DNA of 64,000 bases from Acidimicrobiales bacterium (GTDB taxonomy: Bacteria; Actinomycetota; Acidimicrobiia; Acidimicrobiales; CATQHL01): the NCBI GenBank assembly GCA_963664235.1, contig OY760933.1, positions 1,043,920 through 1,107,919 on the forward strand, in the 5' to 3' direction. The position numbers were made by a program, and so were the translations under genes. Positions within the stretch are counted from its first letter, which is position 1. Every line of letters begins with the position of its first letter. This document shows positions 19,438 through 30,204 of the stretch, one piece after another. The notes below the pieces were generated by a model. It had not been told where the DNA came from and did no database searches. It saw only the letters and a program-made list of their open reading frames with translations.

Positions 19438-19629
19438 CAGCGGCTGCTTGGGTGAGCAGTCGCGCGCGCCCGTCAGGTCCGGTCAGGCTCGGCCTGGCCG
19501 GGGACACCCTCCTCCGACGCTCGCCGCAGTCGTTCCTGGCCGCAGGCTTGGAATAGACAGACAAACTTCGTTGTTGTAGTTGCATCATTGGCATTCCGGC
19601 CACCTCAAGAACTGCCCGGAAGGGACGCA

Positions 19630-20955
19630 ATGGCAGAACATGAACAGATACCCAGCAGCGCCCCTGCAGTCGAACCGCGCGGTCCGGTCTTCATCTCGTA
19701 CCGTCATAGCGACGCCAGAGCGCTAGCGGAATCCCTCGCGTGGGCGCTTCGGGCAGCCGGCGTGCCTGTCTGGCACGACGTGACCGACCTTCCTCCTGGC
19801 GACACCGATCGCCGCCTTGGCGAGGCGCTCGATTCCGGGCTGTCCGGCGCCGTGGTCATCGTCACACCCGAGATCGGGCAGTCTCAGGTAATTCGCGATC
19901 TCGAGTTGCCACGTCTGCTGGACCTTGAGCAGGAGTCCGAGTTCACTCTTGCGGTCGGATCAACGGTTGAAGCAGGTGACAGCACCGGGAGTCTCGACTA
20001 CTCGGCACCTGACCAGCTTCTCGGTCAGCCACCCGGGACGCTGCAACGCCTTAACCAGAGACGAGTGGCAGACGCCGAAGAGCGAGCGGAACTGGCAAAC
20101 GCTCTGGCCAGACAGCGTCTTGCGCGGCTTCGGACCGAGATCCAAGCCGCGGGTGGAGTGCTCGTGATCGATATCCAGACTCGCGTTCCCCCGGTAGCGA
20201 CAGCCCAGGACGGCGATCTGGTTCTGCGGCTACGACCACCTGTGGACGGTGAGCGCCGCCCGCACCGCGGAGGCCTCGAGAACTTGCACCGGTTTCTCGG
20301 TGAACTACCGCTGCTGATTGCCACGTCAGGCGCCCGTGCCATACGAGTGCGCGGAGGGGCACACCTGTCGGTTGCCTGTGCCATCGGCGCAGCACTCCCC
20401 ACCACGCTTGTGGGCACCGTCGAGGTTGTCGATACGGCAGGCCACACGTGGGTGCTGTCCGGACAGGCGCCATCACCCACCCGCGAGCGGCTCTGCGGGG
20501 CTGTCACACCCCCTGGATACAACTGTGGGCATGGTCCAGTGCTCGCCTTCATCGACCTGCTGCCGCAGCAAAGCGCCGCTGCGTTCGACGCGATGCTCCG
20601 GTCAGGCCGAGCCGCCTTCGCGGGCGTTCTCCACTTGCGCCCACGCGGTGCTGGCCTGCTCAATCCTGACGACGCCGAGATGCTCGTGGGTGAACTCAAC
20701 GCAGAAATCCGCGCGCTCGCAAGTACGCATCACACGACGGAGGTCCATCTGCTCCTGCGGTGCCCGTACCCGGTTGCGGTTCTTCTCGGCCGCACCCTCA
20801 ACACCCTCACGATCAATCTCTACGAATGGGAGGACACCCCTGATGGCGACTCCGGGCCTGATCCACGGTACGTCCCGAGCATCGTGTTGCGCTCGGGAAG
20901 TGGGGGCTCACCAATCGACCGCATCACAGCTCCACCGTTGAGCTGCCGATCTTGA
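19630..20955 (+). CDS. CBASS effector, TIR-SAVED (NADase plus cyclic-oligonucleotide sensor)
   Basis: TIR: VFISYRHSD, GVPVWHDVTDLPPG, IRDLELP (catalytic Glu); SAVED: GGAHLSVACAIG, EVHLLLRCPYPVAVLLG, INLYEW. Confidence 0.9.
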   Translation: MAEHEQIPSSAPAVEPRGPVFISYRHSDARALAESLAWALRAAGVPVWHDVTDLPPGDTDRRLGEALDSGLSGAVVIVTPEIGQSQVIRDLELPRLLDLEQESEFTLAVGSTVEAGDSTGSLDYSAPDQLLGQPPGTLQRLNQRRVADAEERAELANALARQRLARLRTEIQAAGGVLVIDIQTRVPPVATAQDGDLVLRLRPPVDGERRPHRGGLENLHRFLGELPLLIATSGARAIRVRGGAHLSVACAIGAALPTTLVGTVEVVDTAGHTWVLSGQAPSPTRERLCGAVTPPGYNCGHGPVLAFIDLLPQQSAAAFDAMLRSGRAAFAGVLHLRPRGAGLLNPDDAEMLVGELNAEIRALASTHHTTEVHLLLRCPYPVAVLLGRTLNTLTINLYEWEDTPDGDSGPDPRYVPSIVLRSGSGGSPIDRITAPPLSCRS

Positions 20956-20968
20956 AAGGAATGTGTTA

Positions 20969-21991
20969 ATGGAGACGCTGCACACGCAGTTCAGCCAGGC
21001 CCTGTCGAACATCGAGATCAGCGACGCCAGGCGCCAGCGCGCGATTGCTGCGCATACAGAGATCCAAGACTCGCTCTCCAGCGACAGGATTTTGTGCGAC
21101 TGGGGAATCAGTACACGGCTCATCGGCTCCTACAGCCGGCACACCGCAATTCACCCTGGCAAGGACGTCGACGTGTTCGCACGCCTCGAACGCCTCGACG
21201 CGGGAGCCAACCCTGAAGCCGTCTATCAGCGCGTGTGGGATCTGCTCTTTGCGCGGTATGGCAGTCGAGCCACGCCGCAGGCACGCAGCATCAAGGTCGA
21301 GTTCCCGAGCGGGGCCGGAATAGACACCAGCTTTGCTGTCGACGCCGTGCCCGCCGTCCGCTCTGGCAGCCGATGGGCGATCCCTGCCACGGACAGGAGC
21401 TTGTGGGCCGACAGTCCGAGCCGTTGGGTCGTGACCGATCCTGAGCGGTTCGGTGCGCTCTCAAGCGACCTGAGCACGGCGGCTTGGAGCCCCATCGTGC
21501 GGGGCCAGGATGCCTACAAGCCCGTGGTAAAACTGATGCGACAGGTACGCGAGACGCACCTGGGCGATCTAAGGCCCGGCGGCCTGTACGCCGAATTCGC
21601 CACCTACGACGTCTGGAACTCCAGGCTGGTTCGCGGTAGCGAGTGGTGCCAACTCCTCGCTGCGACGCTTGGTGCTGTGGCTTCTAGGTTCGAGGCCGCA
21701 CCAACGAAGCCGCTCGTGGATCCTGGGCTCGGCACGCCGGTTGACCCGGCACTCGACGCAGCCGTCTGGCTCTCAGCCGCCCAGACTTTCTTCAGGCTCG
21801 CCGATCTGGCTGCCGAGGCCCTGAACTTGGGAAAGTGCACGGCCGCAGCACGGTGGCGAGAGATCCTGGGAGAAAACTCGAGGGGGAAGGTCTTCCCTGT
21901 GCCACCCGGGTGTGACGCCAGAGGATTTGCCACGACAGGCATGGCCGGACTAGTCGCGGCTAGGCCGAGGGAGGCTCAAGGATTCGGATGA
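20969..21991 (+). CDS. CBASS cGAS/DncV-like nucleotidyltransferase (CD-NTase)
   Basis: LIGSYSRHTAIHPGKDVDVF, RSIKVEF, VDAVPA, TDP, KPVVKLMRQ, WREILG; C-terminus ...AQGFG. Confidence 0.92.
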   Translation: METLHTQFSQALSNIEISDARRQRAIAAHTEIQDSLSSDRILCDWGISTRLIGSYSRHTAIHPGKDVDVFARLERLDAGANPEAVYQRVWDLLFARYGSRATPQARSIKVEFPSGAGIDTSFAVDAVPAVRSGSRWAIPATDRSLWADSPSRWVVTDPERFGALSSDLSTAAWSPIVRGQDAYKPVVKLMRQVRETHLGDLRPGGLYAEFATYDVWNSRLVRGSEWCQLLAATLGAVASRFEAAPTKPLVDPGLGTPVDPALDAAVWLSAAQTFFRLADLAAEALNLGKCTAAARWREILGENSRGKVFPVPPGCDARGFATTGMAGLVAARPREAQGFG

Positions 21992-23565
21992 GCGAGTCGG
22001 CACCGGTCGACACCTTCGATCAAGCGTCACTTGAGTGCTTTATAGCGGAGTTGGTGGCGGCTGGATTCGAACCAGCGCCGGGAACCGGTAGGAGAATCTG
22101 GGTAGGACCCATTCATCCCGCTCTTGCGCCGCTCACCGACGCCCAAGAGATGCGCCTTTTGCTCCGAGACGGATGGCCTGTGGTCTTTCCCTACTTGTTC
22201 GCGGGGGGTCTGCTCACGAACCACCTCACGTCCGATGGATACGTGTGCCTCTGGCACGAAGGCGACAGCTCGGGGGAATGGGTCACGCTTAACGGCGTCC
22301 TTGATCGGCTCATCCAGTGGAGCAACAGTGCCAAGCATGGGTGGGATCCTGCTGGCCTCGCCCAGGACGCGCAACTCAACTTCCAGACGAAGCATGCAGC
22401 AGTCGCCACGTTTGACCTGGATGAACTACAACTTGGCCGCGCCGGGACGTGGGGATCGTTCCACGGCAGAGCGCACCACCCTCTGCACATCTCACTTCAT
22501 CCGGGCCGCCGACCTGACAATCAGGGACTCGACGGCCTGTGGATTCGTTCGACTGTCCTGGACGTGCCGCCGCGGAACCTGGCCGAGTTGAGACAGGTAC
22601 TCAATCGAGCCCAATTGCACGGTCTCGACCGGGCGCTCGACTCTCGCCGTAACGGCGGCGAGACGCTCCAGCCGAGCGGGTCGACTGATGTCATCCTGTT
22701 TGCGTGGGATCGAGAGGAACTTCGGCACGTGCTCGTCCTTGCCCTCGAAGGGACCGGCGCCGATACGACCGCGGTCGCCCTCCGACCCGGTCCCAGAGAC
22801 AGGAAGTCCCTCATGCTGCGAGCCGGACCCGATGCAACAGAACTTGCAGAACGGACGGTCGTCGTTCTCGGTTTGGGCGCACTCGGCGGTCATGTGTCGG
22901 TTGCATTGGCTGAGAGTGGCGTCACTCGACTCCAACTCGTTGACGGCGACCAGCTTCTGCCCGAGAACGCCGTTCGCCACGTGGCAGGCCAGCACGCGGT
23001 CGGGCACCCTAAGCCAGTCGTGGTGGCGGCGACCGTCGCCGATCACGCTCCGTGGACCGAGATCACCACGCTGGCAACTAACCCAATGTCTCCGGAGGCG
23101 CTCGGTCAGGCCATCACAGACGCTGATCTGGTTGTTGACGCTACGGGTGGCGGCGCAGCCACTCAGGCCATCTGCCTCAGCGCACTAGCTCAGGACAAGG
23201 CGGTTGTATCTGGCGCACTCTTCCGGGGTGGCGCCATCTCGCGAATACGGCGCCAAGGAACGCCTGGCGATACGCCCATTCTCGACCGGACACCGGCGCT
23301 CGGCTACCCGCTGATCCCATTTGGCGACGGCGATGACCTGATCCGGCCCGCGGTCGGCTGCTCTGGACCCGTGACGAACGCTCCACCAACGACAGTCCTA
23401 GCCGCGGCGGCACTAATCGCCGAGACGGCCATAGATGCCCTTACCGGCCGCTTGGCGCTACCGGACGAAATCATCGACGTCTACCGGGCTCTGCCCGACG
23501 AGCCGCCGTTCGACCGGATCGGGAGAGTGGCGCGGCGAGTACCAGAGGAACCCACTCTCGTCTGA
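21988..23565 (+). CDS. cap2: CBASS Cap2, E2-E1 (ThiF) ubiquitin-like conjugating enzyme
   Basis: E2: GWP..FP, NHLTSDGYVCLW; E1: VVLGLGALGG, VDGDQLLPENAVRH, LVVDATG, VGCSGP catalytic Cys; ATGA overlap with the CD-NTase. Confidence 0.88.
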   Translation: MSESAPVDTFDQASLECFIAELVAAGFEPAPGTGRRIWVGPIHPALAPLTDAQEMRLLLRDGWPVVFPYLFAGGLLTNHLTSDGYVCLWHEGDSSGEWVTLNGVLDRLIQWSNSAKHGWDPAGLAQDAQLNFQTKHAAVATFDLDELQLGRAGTWGSFHGRAHHPLHISLHPGRRPDNQGLDGLWIRSTVLDVPPRNLAELRQVLNRAQLHGLDRALDSRRNGGETLQPSGSTDVILFAWDREELRHVLVLALEGTGADTTAVALRPGPRDRKSLMLRAGPDATELAERTVVVLGLGALGGHVSVALAESGVTRLQLVDGDQLLPENAVRHVAGQHAVGHPKPVVVAATVADHAPWTEITTLATNPMSPEALGQAITDADLVVDATGGGAATQAICLSALAQDKAVVSGALFRGGAISRIRRQGTPGDTPILDRTPALGYPLIPFGDGDDLIRPAVGCSGPVTNAPPTTVLAAAALIAETAIDALTGRLALPDEIIDVYRALPDEPPFDRIGRVARRVPEEPTLV

Positions 23566-23608
23566 GCGGCGAAGTTCCGACCAGCGCCTGAGGTCTCCGG
23601 TGCGGTGG

Positions 23609-23644
23609 CTCAGGTGAGGTAGCGCTGGCGCCACTCGCCGGAGC
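23609..23644. repeat. 36-bp direct repeat, right copy (in-frame 3' end of htpX)
   Basis: Identical to 16054-16089; on the minus strand encodes SGEWRQRYLT-stop. Confidence 0.95.
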
Positions 23645-24479
23645 GGAGGCGCTTGACCCGCTCCTCGGTGGCCGGGTGGGTGGAGAACAGGCCGGCGAAC
23701 TCGACGCGCTGGCCGGCCAGCGGGTTCACGATGTAGTGCGAGGCCTGCTCGCGCGCCACCGGGGTGGGGATGCGGCGCCCGGCCCGGTCCAGCTTCTCCA
23801 GCGCCCGCGCCAGGGGCTCGCCGTCGCCCAGCAGCTGCGCGGCGGTGCGGTCGGCCTTGAACTCGCGGGTCCGGCTGATCGCCGACTGGACGAGGGCCGC
23901 CGCGATCGGGGCCAGGATCATGGTGGCCAGGAGCACCAACGGGTGCCCGCCGCCGCGATCCCTGCTGCCCCCGCCGCCAGTGAAGAGGGCGGCGAAGAAG
24001 GCGATGCGAGCCACCAGCGTGATCGCCATGGCGATTGCCGCCGCCACCGAGCCGATGAGGATGTCCCGGTTGCGAATGTGCATCAACTCGTGCGCCAGCA
24101 CGCCCTTGATCTCGGTCCAGGAGAGGTGCTCGATGAGTCCCGCCGTTATCGCTACCGCGGCGTTGTCGGGATTGCGCCCCGTGGCGAAGGCGTTGGGCTG
24201 CGGGTTGGGCGTGACGTACAGCCGGGGCTTCGGCAGCTTGGCCCGTGAGGCCAACTCCTCCACCACGGCGTGGTATTCGGGGAATTCGTGACGCTCCACC
24301 AGCCGGGCGCGGGCCGATGCGATGGCCAGCTTGTCGGAGAACCAGTAGGAGAAGCCGACGATGGCGAAGGCCAGGACCGCCCCCACGATGAGCCCGCCCG
24401 TCCCGAAGATGCCGCCGATGCCGATGCACAGGCCCCCCAACAACCCCAGCAGGACGAAGGTCTTGAAGCTGTTCTTCAC
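23610..24479 (-). CDS. htpX: Zinc metalloprotease HtpX (M48)
   Basis: PNAFATGRNP, GVLAHELMH, ISRTREFKAD, LFSTHPATEERV. Confidence 0.95.
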   Translation of the reverse strand: MKNSFKTFVLLGLLGGLCIGIGGIFGTGGLIVGAVLAFAIVGFSYWFSDKLAIASARARLVERHEFPEYHAVVEELASRAKLPKPRLYVTPNPQPNAFATGRNPDNAAVAITAGLIEHLSWTEIKGVLAHELMHIRNRDILIGSVAAAIAMAITLVARIAFFAALFTGGGGSRDRGGGHPLVLLATMILAPIAAALVQSAISRTREFKADRTAAQLLGDGEPLARALEKLDRAGRRIPTPVAREQASHYIVNPLAGQRVEFAGLFSTHPATEERVKRLRSGEWRQRYLT

Positions 24480-24552
24480 GTCGCCTCCTCACTCCCGGGG
24501 TCCCCGCCGCCGGGGTCCGGCCCTGGCGAGTCGAGCGTGCCCGTCCGGCCGC

Positions 24553-25053
24553 TCAGCTGTAGTAGCCGGAGTGGACGTAGACGCACGGCAAGGACTCGCC
24601 TGCGTACATCTCAACGATACGAGGATCATCCTCGAGGGCGAACACCGGGGCGAACCCGAAGGAGCGCAACTCGCTCAGCGCCTGGCGCTTGAAGCGCACC
24701 GAGTGAACCATGTCCTGGGCGGGTCCGCGCAGGGCCAGCAGGTCCCACCGCAACCCGTGCCGGCGGACCCACTCCAGGGTGAGTTCCCGGAGGCGGAACG
24801 GGCGGGCCGTCAGCAACACGACCTGCAACTGCTCGTCGAGACACCGGACCAACTCCGCGTGATGGGCCAGTAGGGCGTCGCCCGCAGCCGCACTGAAGAA
24901 CCCGACCCAGTCGCGCACAGGGCCATCGAGGTGCCACTGGCGGTGCGCGGCGTCCGCCAGCACGCCGTCGATGTCCACGATGGCGGCCTCCCCCGGTTGC
25001 CCCGGGCCGCTCCGCCAGGTCCAGTGGTCCGGGAGAGCCGTCGGATCGGTCAT
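24553..25053 (-). CDS. HAD-superfamily phosphatase (polynucleotide kinase 3'-phosphatase-like)
   Basis: IVDIDGVLAD, LLTARP, ALEDD. Confidence 0.75.
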   Translation of the reverse strand: MTDPTALPDHWTWRSGPGQPGEAAIVDIDGVLADAAHRQWHLDGPVRDWVGFFSAAAGDALLAHHAELVRCLDEQLQVVLLTARPFRLRELTLEWVRRHGLRWDLLALRGPAQDMVHSVRFKRQALSELRSFGFAPVFALEDDPRIVEMYAGESLPCVYVHSGYYS

Positions 25054-25144
25054 CGCGGAGTTCGCAGAGGGTGACCGATCACGATGCCGCCGGCATCGGT
25101 TGCTCCAGGTCGCCTGGGCCGGACGGCGACACGCCCCAGGCCCC

Positions 25145-27148
<2,004 letters not shown>

Positions 27149-27291
27149 GGTCACACCTCGCTTCGCCCCGCAGCGGGACGATGGAGATCCCGTCCGCTTC
27201 CCAGCCCGGTCGCCGGGCGATCGCCGATCCTACCCGGCCCCACCGGACGCGACCCGGCCCCGCGGCGACCGGGCCCAAGTAGTCTGGACAG

Positions 27292-29016
27292 GTGCATGAC
27301 CTGCTGATTCGCAACGGCACCATCATCGACGGCAGCGGTGATGCGGCGTTCGTGGGCGACGTCACGGTCACCGCAGGGATGATCGCGGCGGTTCATCCCG
27401 CCGGCGGCAACGGCGACCGCGTGACCGCCGCCCGGCGGGTCGTCGACGCCGAGGGACACCTGGTGCTGCCCGGCTGGGTGGACATCCACACGCACTACGA
27501 CGGGCAGGCCACCTGGGATCCCGAGATGACGCCCTCATCCTGGCACGGGGTCACCACCGCGGTATTCGGCAACTGCGGTGTGGGTTTCGCACCGGTGGCC
27601 GCCGGCAGCGAGGACTACCTCATCAACCTCATGGAGGGGGTCGAGGACATTCCGGGCTCGGTGCTGGCCGAGGGCATCGACTTCTGCTGGGAGTCCTATC
27701 CCGAGTACCTCGACGAGTTGGAGGCCATGCCGCGGGTGATGGACGTTGCCGCACAGCTGGCGCACGGGGCGCTGCGGTTCTACGTCATGGGCGAGCGCGG
27801 CGCCGACCACGCCGAAGTGCCCAGTGCCGGCGAGTTGGACAGGATCGAATCGCTGACGGCGGAGGCGTTGCGAGCCGGCGCGCTCGGAGTCACCACGTCC
27901 CGCACAACCAAGCACCGGGCGGCCGACGGCCGGCTGACGCCGTCGCTCTCGGCGGGGGATCCGGAGCTGGCGGCGCTGGCGCGCGGCATGCGCGCCGCCG
28001 GTGCGGGCGTGCTGCAGGTGAACTCCGACTTCGGTCCCGGCGAGTTCGACCTGCTGCGCGACGCCGCTGAGCTGTCGGGCCGGCCGCTCTCGGCGCTGAT
28101 CGTGCAGATGGACGCCTGGCCCGAGCGCTGGCGGGAGACGCTGGCGAACATCGGTGCCGCGAACGCCGAAGGCATCGCCGCCAACGGGCAGGTGGGCTGC
28201 CGCCCCATCGGGGTGCTGCTGGGCCTCGAAGCCACGGTCAACCCGTTCGGCAGCCATCCCGCCTACCGCCGCGTGGCGCACCTGCCCACACCCGAGCGGG
28301 CGGCACTGCTGCGCCACGACCGGGCGCTGCGGCGGGAGCTGATCGAGGACCGCCCGGACAACGGCTACACCCGCTGGATCGACTACGCCCTGGGGCGCAC
28401 CTACGAGTTCGGCGAACATCTGGACTACGAGCCGCACCCGGACACGTCGGTGGCGTCCCGGGCCGCCACCGACGGCATCAGCCGCTGGGAGCTGGCGCTC
28501 GACCTCCTCGCGGCCGGCGACGGTGACAACCTGCTGCTGTACACGTTCGAGAACTACAGCGGCGGCAGCCTCGACGATGTCGCTGAGATGCTGGCCGACC
28601 CGCACACCATCTGCGGCATCGGCGACGCCGGCGCACACGTCGGGACGATCTGCGACGCGGCCTATCCCACGTTCCTGCTGACGCACTGGGCCCGCGACCG
28701 CAGCCGCGGCCGGCGTTTCCCGTTGGAGTTCCTCGTCAACAAGCAGACCCGGCGCACCGCCCTGGCCTACGGACTCGCCGACCGGGGACTGCTGGCACCC
28801 GGCTACAAGGCCGACATCAACATCGTGGACTACGAGGCGCTGGGCCTGACCCGGCCGAAGGTGGTGTACGACCTCCCCGCCGGTGGCAAGCGGCTGGAGC
28901 AGCGCTCGGTCGGCTACCGCCACACCTTCGTGTCCGGGGTCGAGGTGGCCGCCGCCGGCGAGTTCACCGGCGAGCGCCCCGGCCGGTTGATCAGGGGGCC
29001 GGCGCAGCCGCGCTGA
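27292..29016 (+). CDS. N-acyl-D-amino-acid deacylase family amidohydrolase
   Basis: PGWVDIHTHYD, HGVTTAVFGNCGVGFAP, GDAGAH, DRGLLAPGYKAD. Confidence 0.88.
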   Translation: MHDLLIRNGTIIDGSGDAAFVGDVTVTAGMIAAVHPAGGNGDRVTAARRVVDAEGHLVLPGWVDIHTHYDGQATWDPEMTPSSWHGVTTAVFGNCGVGFAPVAAGSEDYLINLMEGVEDIPGSVLAEGIDFCWESYPEYLDELEAMPRVMDVAAQLAHGALRFYVMGERGADHAEVPSAGELDRIESLTAEALRAGALGVTTSRTTKHRAADGRLTPSLSAGDPELAALARGMRAAGAGVLQVNSDFGPGEFDLLRDAAELSGRPLSALIVQMDAWPERWRETLANIGAANAEGIAANGQVGCRPIGVLLGLEATVNPFGSHPAYRRVAHLPTPERAALLRHDRALRRELIEDRPDNGYTRWIDYALGRTYEFGEHLDYEPHPDTSVASRAATDGISRWELALDLLAAGDGDNLLLYTFENYSGGSLDDVAEMLADPHTICGIGDAGAHVGTICDAAYPTFLLTHWARDRSRGRRFPLEFLVNKQTRRTALAYGLADRGLLAPGYKADINIVDYEALGLTRPKVVYDLPAGGKRLEQRSVGYRHTFVSGVEVAAAGEFTGERPGRLIRGPAQPR

Positions 29017-29055
29017 AGGCGCCCGCTCCGGCGACCAGCTCCTCCCCTGAGCCGC

Positions 29056-30114
29056 TCAACGACTCCAGACGGCGGCCGTGAACGCGCCGAGACCGCCCGG
29101 GTCGCACAGCGCCTCGGACTCGTGCACCCGGCTGCGGGCCTCGAGAGCAGCCAGGTCCCCGATCGCAGCCCGCTCGTGCCAGACGGCGCGGCCCTCGGCA
29201 ACCAACTCGTCGATGCCCAGATCGCCCAGAAGCGTCGTCTGGTCGCAGACCTCGGCCCCGGGGTGCGCGGCCAGGATCTGATCAAGCGGCACCTCGACGG
29301 TGATGTCGCAGCTGCCGGCGTCCCGGAGCGGCTCGTGGCCCCGCACACCGGCACGGTAGGTGCGCACCCACTCCCGGTGCGGCCGGGCGGCCAGGGAGGC
29401 GCTGGAGTCCGTGTAGTCGATCACGACGAGGCTCCCCCGGCGCAAGAGGGCGAGCGCCCGGCCCACCCACTCGACCGCTTCGACGGCCAGCGGCAGGCGC
29501 CCACCGGCCGGCGCGCCGGGCGCCAGCGCATCCGCAGCGTTCTGCAACTCGGAGGCGACCGGCCGCAGCGCCTCGGTGAGCCCGCCGTCGCCGGCCGGTC
29601 CATCCGCTGCAACGTAGACCTCTGTCCAGCCGTCCGGGGTCCGCTCCAGGAGGCGGCACGGCAGGTTGTCCAGCAACTCGTTGGCAATCACCACGCCGTC
29701 GAGCGGCCCGTCGGGTAGGTCGGCCCGCGACTCGAGGGCGGCGCACGGCCCCGGCGGGCGCTCCAGCAGCTGCTCGTGCTCTCGCCGCAGGACCGCCGAT
29801 CGCTCCACCAGCACGTAGCGCAGGGCGCCGGCATCAGCGCAGCGCGGACGGGCTGCCAGCACGCTGCGGGCCAGCATGCCCCTGCCGGCACCGGCGTCGA
29901 TGAGTGCGAAGTCCGCTGGCCGACCCGACGCCTCCCAGCAGCGGTCCGCAAGCCGCGCCACGAGCCGACCGAACAGCGGGCCGACCTCGACGCTGGTCAG
30001 AAAGTCCCCAGTCCGCCGCCCCGCGCCGCGCCCGGAGGTGTAGAACCCGCCGGGTTCGGCATAGAGCGCCGACTCCATGAACGCGTCGAAGCGCAACTCG
30101 CCACCGGAAGTCAC
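29056..30114 (-). CDS. SAM-dependent methyltransferase, MidA/NDUFAF7 family
   Basis: FMESALY..GFY, GDFLTSVE, DAGAGRG, IANELLDNLP, VIDY, DITVEV. Confidence 0.88.
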   Translation of the reverse strand: MTSGGELRFDAFMESALYAEPGGFYTSGRGAGRRTGDFLTSVEVGPLFGRLVARLADRCWEASGRPADFALIDAGAGRGMLARSVLAARPRCADAGALRYVLVERSAVLRREHEQLLERPPGPCAALESRADLPDGPLDGVVIANELLDNLPCRLLERTPDGWTEVYVAADGPAGDGGLTEALRPVASELQNAADALAPGAPAGGRLPLAVEAVEWVGRALALLRRGSLVVIDYTDSSASLAARPHREWVRTYRAGVRGHEPLRDAGSCDITVEVPLDQILAAHPGAEVCDQTTLLGDLGIDELVAEGRAVWHERAAIGDLAALEARSRVHESEALCDPGGLGAFTAAVWSR

Positions 30115-30142
30115 AGGACGGCGCAGCTCAACGGTCCCAGCA

Positions 30143-30170
30143 CTGGATTCCGGCCTACGCCGGAATGACG
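30143..30170. repeat. REP-like palindrome, copy 2
   Basis: CTGGATTCCGGC-CTAC-GCCGGAATGACG. Confidence 0.85.
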
Positions 30171-30204
30171 GGCGAGGGCGGGGATGCCGGGAGGACGGAG
30201 GCGG

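Larger units (their letters stand above)
16054..23644. mobile_element. Defence island inserted at the 3' end of htpX (no integrase within)
   Basis: Exact 36-bp flanking direct repeats; cargo consists only of defence-type genes; more A/T-ending codons (hand counts: 35/60 GC at 22021-22080 vs 44/60 at 23701-23760). Confidence 0.85.

Noticed and set aside
23519-23543. Imperfect inverted similarity to the 36-bp att repeat inside the cap2 3' end
   Set aside because: Only about 17/25 identity in GC-rich coding sequence; compatible with chance
23435-23617. Possible cap3/JAB remnant after cap2
   Set aside because: The 60-aa ORF overlaps cap2 out of frame and has no JAB HxH..D motif
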